NCBI GenBank assembly: GCA_023269085.1
Contig: JAHFML010000002.1
Location: forward strand, 1,266 to 65,265
Direction: 5' to 3'
Source of the DNA: a bacterium
Lineage (GTDB): Bacteria > Patescibacteriota > Minisyncoccia > Phycocordibacterales > Phycocordibacteraceae
DNA: 64,000 nt
Both the position numbers and the translations under genes were made by a program. A model generated the notes under the pieces. The model ran no database searches, was not told the origin of the DNA, and worked only from the letters and a program-made list of their open reading frames with translations. Of the stretch, positions 58,690 to 64,000 are shown one piece after another. Within the stretch, counting starts at the first letter, position 1. Each line of letters starts with the position of its first letter.

Positions 58690-59616
58690 TTATTGCTTTT
58701 TAATCCAGAGGTAGAGGTCTTCGACGGCCTTCACCGCGTCGCCGGCGGCAATGTTGTTCTGATGATAGAGCTCGTCGGTGCAGTCGCCGGCGGCCCAGAC
58801 GCCCTCGACGCTCGTGCGGCCGGTGCGCGCGTCGGTGACGACGTGTTTGACGGGGTCGAGCTCGACCAGCCCCTCGATGAAGTCGGTATTCGGGATAACG
58901 CCCGCCTCGACGAAGATGCCCGAGATGCTGAGCTCGTGTGATTCGTTCGTGCTCTTGTCGGTGTAGCGGAGCCCGCTCACAAACTGCTCGCCGATGATCT
59001 CGATGGGCTCAGCGTGCAGGATGATGCGCATGTTCGGGTGCGCACGCGCCTTTTCGACAGTGACAGCGTCGGCCTTGAGCTCGGCATGGCGATGGATAAG
59101 AGTGACCGACTTCGCATAGGCGAGAAGCTGAAGCGCGCTCTCGAAGCCGGCGTTGCCACCACCCACGACCGCGACATCTTGGCCAGCGAAGAGCGGGCCG
59201 TCGCAGGAGGCGCAGTAGGTGACGCCCTTGTTCTCGAAGGTTCCCGCGCCGGGGATAGCGAGTTTGCGCCGACTTGCGCCCGAGGAGATGAGGACGGTGC
59301 GAGCGGTGAAGTCTTTGCCGGACTTCGTTTGTACAGCGAAGCGACCTCCAGGGTCTTGGGTGAGCGCCGCGACCTGCTCGCCGAGCGCGAGCTCGACGAA
59401 GTCGCCCTTCACGGCGTCGAGATGCGCCCTGAGCGCCGATGCAAGATCGGCGCCGCTAATCTTCGGCGTGCCGATCCAATTCTCGATACCATCGGAGACG
59501 ATCGACTGACCGCCGATCTCCTTTGCGATAAGGAGCGTCTTCAGCTGCTTGCGCGCGGCATACACGCCCGCTGCGACGCCAGCGGGCCCGCCGCCAATGA
59601 TGATGAGGTCGTACAT
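58690..59616 (-). CDS. trxB: thioredoxin reductase-like oxidoreductase
   Basis: GGGPAG, CASCDG, GGGN and AAGD motifs; start MYDLIII. Confidence 0.85.
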   Translation of the reverse strand: MYDLIIIGGGPAGVAAGVYAARKQLKTLLIAKEIGGQSIVSDGIENWIGTPKISGADLASALRAHLDAVKGDFVELALGEQVAALTQDPGGRFAVQTKSGKDFTARTVLISSGASRRKLAIPGAGTFENKGVTYCASCDGPLFAGQDVAVVGGGNAGFESALQLLAYAKSVTLIHRHAELKADAVTVEKARAHPNMRIILHAEPIEIIGEQFVSGLRYTDKSTNESHELSISGIFVEAGVIPNTDFIEGLVELDPVKHVVTDARTGRTSVEGVWAAGDCTDELYHQNNIAAGDAVKAVEDLYLWIKKQ

Positions 59617-59671
59617 ATGCGAGTTAGTATAGCAGAAAAAGTCGCGGCGCCGGAGGCGCCGCGTATCCATA

Positions 59672-60940
59672 TTATTTTTTGTGTCGACGCAAGAAGGTCG
59701 GTATCGCGCCCCAGGCTTCGTCCTCTTCGGCGGCGGGCGGGGTGAGGTCATCGCGTTTGTGCGGGACGGCCGTGACGATCGGCTCTTCTTTTTCAGAAGT
59801 GGGTGCTGATTCTTCTCGAGTGATGACATCTTTCATCTCGCGGCGCTCGACGGGCTTCTCTTCGATCTTCGCTTCGCGCTTCAAGACCTCATGATAAATG
59901 CGGCCGCGCTCTTCGTCGCGCCGTTCGGCGGTCATTGAGAAGAGCGAACGCTCAGGCCCTTCGTGCGAAGCGTGCGCGGCGCTCTCGGGGAAGCCGGTCG
60001 CGATGACGATGATGCGGACCTGACCCTTCTTGAGCTTCTCGTCCTTCATCATGCCGAAGATAATCTTTGCGTTCTTGTCGACCGATTCGTTGATGATGCG
60101 GGCGGCCTCCTGGACCTCCATGATACCAAGGTCGTCGTTGCTTGCGACGACGAAGAGGACACCCTTCGCACCGCCGATAGAGACGTCGAGGAGCGGGGAA
60201 TTGACTGCGAGCTTCGAGGCGGCGGCGGCGCGATCGTCGCCCTCGGCGACGCCGATACCCATGAGCGCGGGGCCGGCGCCCTCCATGATCGCTTTAATGT
60301 CGTTGAAGTCGGTATTGATATCGCCCGGCGTCGTGATGATGTCCGAGACGCCCTCAACCGCTTGGCGCAGGATCTCGTCGCACATCGCGAAGGCGCTCTT
60401 CGCGCTCGTGTTCATGTCGACGACCGTGAGGAGCTTGTCGTTCGGGATGACGATGAAAGCGTCAACCTCCTTCTTGAGCTCGGCGAGACCTCGCTCGGCG
60501 ATGTCCTTGCGTTGGGCGCCTTCGAAGGCGAAGGGCTTGGTCACGACGGTGATAACAAGCGCGCCGACCTCCTTCGCGATCTTCGCGACGACGGCCGATG
60601 CGCCGGTGCCCGTACCGCCGCCCATACCGCAGGTGATGAAGACCATATCACTTCCCGAGAGCGCCTCTTGGATCTCTTGGCGCGTCTCCTCGGCCGCGCG
60701 CTTGCCGAGCTCTGGGTTCATGCCGGTGCCGAGGCCGCGGGTGAGGTTCTTGCCGATATGGATCTTGCGCTTGGCGAGGGAGCGGTGGAGGTCTTGCGCG
60801 TCGGAGTTGATAGCGACGAACTCGACGCCGCGCACCTTCGAGTTGATCATGTGATTGATCGCATTGTTGCCCGAGCCGCCGACGCCGACGACGCGGATGC
60901 GGGCGAAGGTCTCGATCTCTGGTTCAACGCGTTTGGACAT
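59672..60940 (-). CDS. ftsZ: cell division protein FtsZ
   Basis: GGGTGTG tubulin motif, C-terminal IPTFLRR. Confidence 0.97.
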   Translation of the reverse strand: MSKRVEPEIETFARIRVVGVGGSGNNAINHMINSKVRGVEFVAINSDAQDLHRSLAKRKIHIGKNLTRGLGTGMNPELGKRAAEETRQEIQEALSGSDMVFITCGMGGGTGTGASAVVAKIAKEVGALVITVVTKPFAFEGAQRKDIAERGLAELKKEVDAFIVIPNDKLLTVVDMNTSAKSAFAMCDEILRQAVEGVSDIITTPGDINTDFNDIKAIMEGAGPALMGIGVAEGDDRAAAASKLAVNSPLLDVSIGGAKGVLFVVASNDDLGIMEVQEAARIINESVDKNAKIIFGMMKDEKLKKGQVRIIVIATGFPESAAHASHEGPERSLFSMTAERRDEERGRIYHEVLKREAKIEEKPVERREMKDVITREESAPTSEKEEPIVTAVPHKRDDLTPPAAEEDEAWGAIPTFLRRHKK

Positions 60941-61007
60941 AGGGTGAATAGCTAATGGATGACGTGTCGTCATCATAGCAGAAGCAGGCGATATGCAAAT
61001 ATTGACA

Positions 61008-62165
61008 TTATGGCAGGAATTGCTGAACGAATTTCCCAATCGACGCGCGCAGATTCTTCTTCGGTACGCTCGTGTCGCCCGTGAGGCCCCAGAGCGCGAG
61101 ACCATAGGAGACCGCCCAGGTCGCGTCACGGATCTTCGTGTCTGAGGAGAGACGGAATTCGGCGAGGCGCGCGGGGAGCTTGAGCGAATCCTTCGCGATA
61201 TCGCTGATGCTCCCGATGCCCGCGCCGCCGCCGGAGATGATGATGCCGGCGGGCAGGGGCCCGCGTCGACCGATCGACTTCAGGTGCTTATCAATGAGCG
61301 TGAACATGGTGGAGAGCCGACCGCCGATGAGGTCATCGACCTTCTTGCGCGGGTACATCTGACCGGAAATGCGACCGAGCTTTACGCGTTCAGCTTCTTC
61401 GAGAGAGATGCGGAAGCCGAGCGCAATATCGTCGGTGATATGGCCGGATCCCATCGGGAAGACTTTGACCGAGACAGGAATGTTCTCGTCATACACGACG
61501 ATGGAGACGGTCTCGGCGCCGATGTTCGCGAGGACGCAGCCCTTCATCTTCTGTTCGCCGTTCAAGAGGACATAGGAGCCCGCCAAGGGCGAAGCCATTT
61601 GGTCGACGATCTCGATACCGGCGTCCTCGACTGCCTTTACCAATACCTCTTCGTGCTGGGAGAGGCAGGTGACGAAGAGGTAGTCGGCCTCGAGGCGGAC
61701 GCCCTTCATGCCGAGCGGATTGCCATAAGTCTTTGTGCCGTCGACGCGATACTCAAGCGGGATGCTGTGGAGGATATGGCGGTTCAAGAAGCCCGGCGCC
61801 GCCGCCTCGAGCGCGGCCTTCGAGGCTTTGTCGAGATCGAGCGTGGTGATCTCTTGGTCGGCGCGCGAGATGATAGCCGAGCCGGTCGCGCGCGTCTCGT
61901 CGAGCGAGATGCCACCGACCGAGAGGAAGGCGGCGCGGAGCGGCACGCGCGCGGTCGCCTCGGCCTGACGCTTCGCCTCAAGAATACTCGCGACGACCTC
62001 GTCGCCGTTGACGATGTAGCCATGCCGCAGACCTTTGCTCTCGGCGAGGCCGGTGCCGATGATGCGCAAGCTCCGCGCACCGCTCTTGTCGAGCAGCTCT
62101 TCGACGACGACCATCTTCACCTGGTACGTCCCGATATCAATGCCGGTCGCTATGCGTCGCGCCAT
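61008..62165 (-). CDS. ftsA: cell division protein FtsA
   Basis: GIDIGT, S.GLR.G.I, IT.DIA...AE..K; upstream of ftsZ. Confidence 0.93.
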   Translation of the reverse strand: MARRIATGIDIGTYQVKMVVVEELLDKSGARSLRIIGTGLAESKGLRHGYIVNGDEVVASILEAKRQAEATARVPLRAAFLSVGGISLDETRATGSAIISRADQEITTLDLDKASKAALEAAAPGFLNRHILHSIPLEYRVDGTKTYGNPLGMKGVRLEADYLFVTCLSQHEEVLVKAVEDAGIEIVDQMASPLAGSYVLLNGEQKMKGCVLANIGAETVSIVVYDENIPVSVKVFPMGSGHITDDIALGFRISLEEAERVKLGRISGQMYPRKKVDDLIGGRLSTMFTLIDKHLKSIGRRGPLPAGIIISGGGAGIGSISDIAKDSLKLPARLAEFRLSSDTKIRDATWAVSYGLALWGLTGDTSVPKKNLRASIGKFVQQFLP

Positions 62166-62559
62166 GAAGGGAAGGGTGCGATGCAGAAAACTGCGCGAGA
62201 ATTTTTCGTTCGCATCTCTCCATAGTAGCGCCATGAGCCATTCCCTTCAAATGCATAAGTGCGTGGATAAACAAATAGAGGACGAATTGGCGCTCGCTCA
62301 TCTCGTGCGCGGGCGCTTGCTTCGCCGCTTCGTGTAAGCAAATAAATATTTCGCCGTGCTTGTCGCCAAGCGCATAGGAGAGGACGTTCGGCGTGTAAGT
62401 CTTCTGGCGCAACTGGAGATTCAACTCGCGCGCCCGGGTGGGCCCGACGAATACGAGTGAGATCTCCCAGCCCGGCAACGCGCTTTCGGCGACCCGGGTA
62501 AATGCGATACGCGGCGCAGGGCGCCGCGTGAGATTCTGTATATCGACCGAGCCGGCCAT
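62137..62559 (-). CDS. ybeY: rRNA maturation RNase YbeY
   Basis: LN...R.K....NVLS and H..MHL.G..H motifs. Confidence 0.88.
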   Translation of the reverse strand: MAGSVDIQNLTRRPAPRIAFTRVAESALPGWEISLVFVGPTRARELNLQLRQKTYTPNVLSYALGDKHGEIFICLHEAAKQAPAHEMSERQFVLYLFIHALMHLKGMAHGATMERCERKILAQFSASHPSLHGATHSDRH

Positions 62560-62568
62560 GAGAGCGAG

Positions 62569-62832
62569 CTAGCGCTTGCGCGTCTTGCGCGCGGTCGGGT
62601 CGATCTTGCCGAGCTTCACCTGCTCGTTGTAGGCCTCGCGGCGCTCCTTCGAGACGAGGGCGCGCTTGTGGCCGACGTTGCGTGAGACGGCGCGCTCCCA
62701 GTAGCGGCGGTCGCGCACCTCGCGCACGAGGCCGAGGCCCTGCACGCGGCGGGTGAAGCGGCGGATAAGCGCGGTCGCGCTCTCGTTCTTGCCGCGCTTC
62801 ACCTCGACTCTTGTTTCTGCGGTTGCTGACAT
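62569..62832 (-). CDS. rpsU: 30S ribosomal protein S21
   Basis: VEVKR..NES...LIRRF.R; basic protein. Confidence 0.75.
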   Translation of the reverse strand: MSATAETRVEVKRGKNESATALIRRFTRRVQGLGLVREVRDRRYWERAVSRNVGHKRALVSKERREAYNEQVKLGKIDPTARKTRKR

Positions 62833-62929
62833 AATGTTCGCATCCTAGCACAGAGGTGCTTCTCTTGTCCACAAAAAGTGAAGCCCGCGGAGTGCGGGCT
62901 TCGGGGACAGGTGATGGCCTCAATACTGG

Positions 62930-63205
62930 CTAGCTGAGGTTGAGGTTTGTGCTCTCAGGCAGTAAACGTTGGACGACAGTTGTTTGTTCTCCAGGTGACA
63001 GGGCCTGGAGCAGGATGACGAGAATCCTGACGCGCTCTTCACTCGAGAGCGTAGCGAGCCGTTGTTGCGTCGTTTCAGCCGCGATAATCTCGGCGAGATA
63101 AGCAACGGATGGTCGCCTTTCTGTGTCCCCGGATAGGGAACAGAAATTTTCATGGGGGAAGTCTGGGTTGTCTACGGGGAAATCCACTACGACTGCGTGT
63201 GTCAT
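62930..63205 (-). CDS. hypothetical protein
   Basis: GGAGGT SD; hairpin at 62881-62901 downstream. Confidence 0.5.
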   Translation of the reverse strand: MTHAVVVDFPVDNPDFPHENFCSLSGDTERRPSVAYLAEIIAAETTQQRLATLSSEERVRILVILLQALSPGEQTTVVQRLLPESTNLNLS

Positions 63206-63259
63206 TTTGCACCTCCGGTGCGTGATTGATCCGCTTCGGACTATAGCGCTGATTTGAAA

Positions 63260-64000
63260 TTATGCAACCGCCTTGAGACGATCGATGAGACCGACGAGCG
63301 GGAGGATAGTCTCTATTTGCGTCGCGCGGTTGCGGAGGATCGCCGAACCCTCGAGCGCCTCTTTGCGGCCCATAATGAGGAGATAGGGGCTCTCGACGTG
63401 CTCGGCGAGGCGGAGCTGCTCGGTCAAAGACTCGACGCCGATGTGCTGGGTGAGCGGGAGGTGCGCCTTGCGGAAGTCCTCGGCAAGGCGGATAGAGACG
63501 CGCTTCGCCTCGTCGCCGATATGGACGAAGGAGAAGCGCAGACGCGACGCGACGGGCTTCTTCACGATGTCGCCGCCGCTCGGGGTCGTGAAGACGGCGC
63601 CCACGGCGCTCATCGGCGAGGAGAAGAAGTGGCGCGCGAGCTCGTGATAGCGCGAGCCCCACGCGACACGCTTATTGCCGACGAGGATCTCGAAACAGAC
63701 ATCGTTCCAGGCGTTGCCACGGCTGATGAGGGTGCGTGCGAGCTCATAGGGCGTCTCGGTCATCTCGAGATATTCGAGCAGATCTTCAAAGCGTTTGCGG
63801 CTTGCGTCCGAGAGATGCTCGGTCGGCGCAGGCAGGTCGATGGCGCAGGCGCGCTCTATCGCGAGCTCAGCGGCCTCGAAGGCGTTGCCGCGCGCTCGCT
63901 CGACGCATTCGAGAGGCAGATCGTTCGCGCGCTTCTTGAAGAAATTGCCGAGCTCGCGCGCATAGCGCGCGCGGGTCTCCTTGTCGCCCATCGAGTTCAC
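63260..64000 (-). CDS. HisRS-like protein with anticodon-binding domain, 5'-truncated by the window edge
   Basis: LNS.G...R..Y...L, GSRY, C-terminal QL..A.....Y..I.G..E......RN. Confidence 0.7.
   Translation of the reverse strand: MNSMGDKETRARYARELGNFFKKRANDLPLECVERARGNAFEAAELAIERACAIDLPAPTEHLSDASRKRFEDLLEYLEMTETPYELARTLISRGNAWNDVCFEILVGNKRVAWGSRYHELARHFFSSPMSAVGAVFTTPSGGDIVKKPVASRLRFSFVHIGDEAKRVSIRLAEDFRKAHLPLTQHIGVESLTEQLRLAEHVESPYLLIMGRKEALEGSAILRNRATQIETILPLVGLIDRLKAVA

Overview
A ~60% GC bacterial chromosome segment, inferred from gene content and architecture (not from a database search) to be Patescibacteria/CPR, Parcubacteria-like, using genetic code 11. The housekeeping backbone includes mgtA-like, engB, prmC, ABC-F, typA, ssrA-smpB, ftsH, recG, lemA-htpX, mscL, nrdJ, rnpB, murJ, lepA, valS, tsaD, orn, rlmB, trxB, ftsZ, ftsA, ybeY and rpsU, plus 9 tRNAs. 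Most genes look leaderless, with a -10 box 6-9 nt before the start. Three layers are not explained by gene calls. (1) A 3.9 kb large-serine-recombinase island in tRNA-Ser(CGA) has attL, attR and a second intact, inverted attP inside it. This makes two abutting exact inverted-repeat modules (131 bp around the integrase, 245 bp around XRE/TM/HEPN cargo), and the integrase C-terminus depends on the att state. (2) Integrase-less gene cassettes are bounded by duplicated gene ends: the ABC-F 3' end x3, the NRAMP 3' end x2 and a 27 bp 5' end x2. (3) Several families of REP/REPIN-like palindromes sit in frame inside recG, lepA, valS, tsaD and a methyltransferase. Also present: tRNA-Ile(UAU), a candidate structured ncRNA, a tmRNA with a long tag overlapping smpB, and a minimal DpnI-like nuclease. 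Coordinates were counted by eye and may be off by a few bases.
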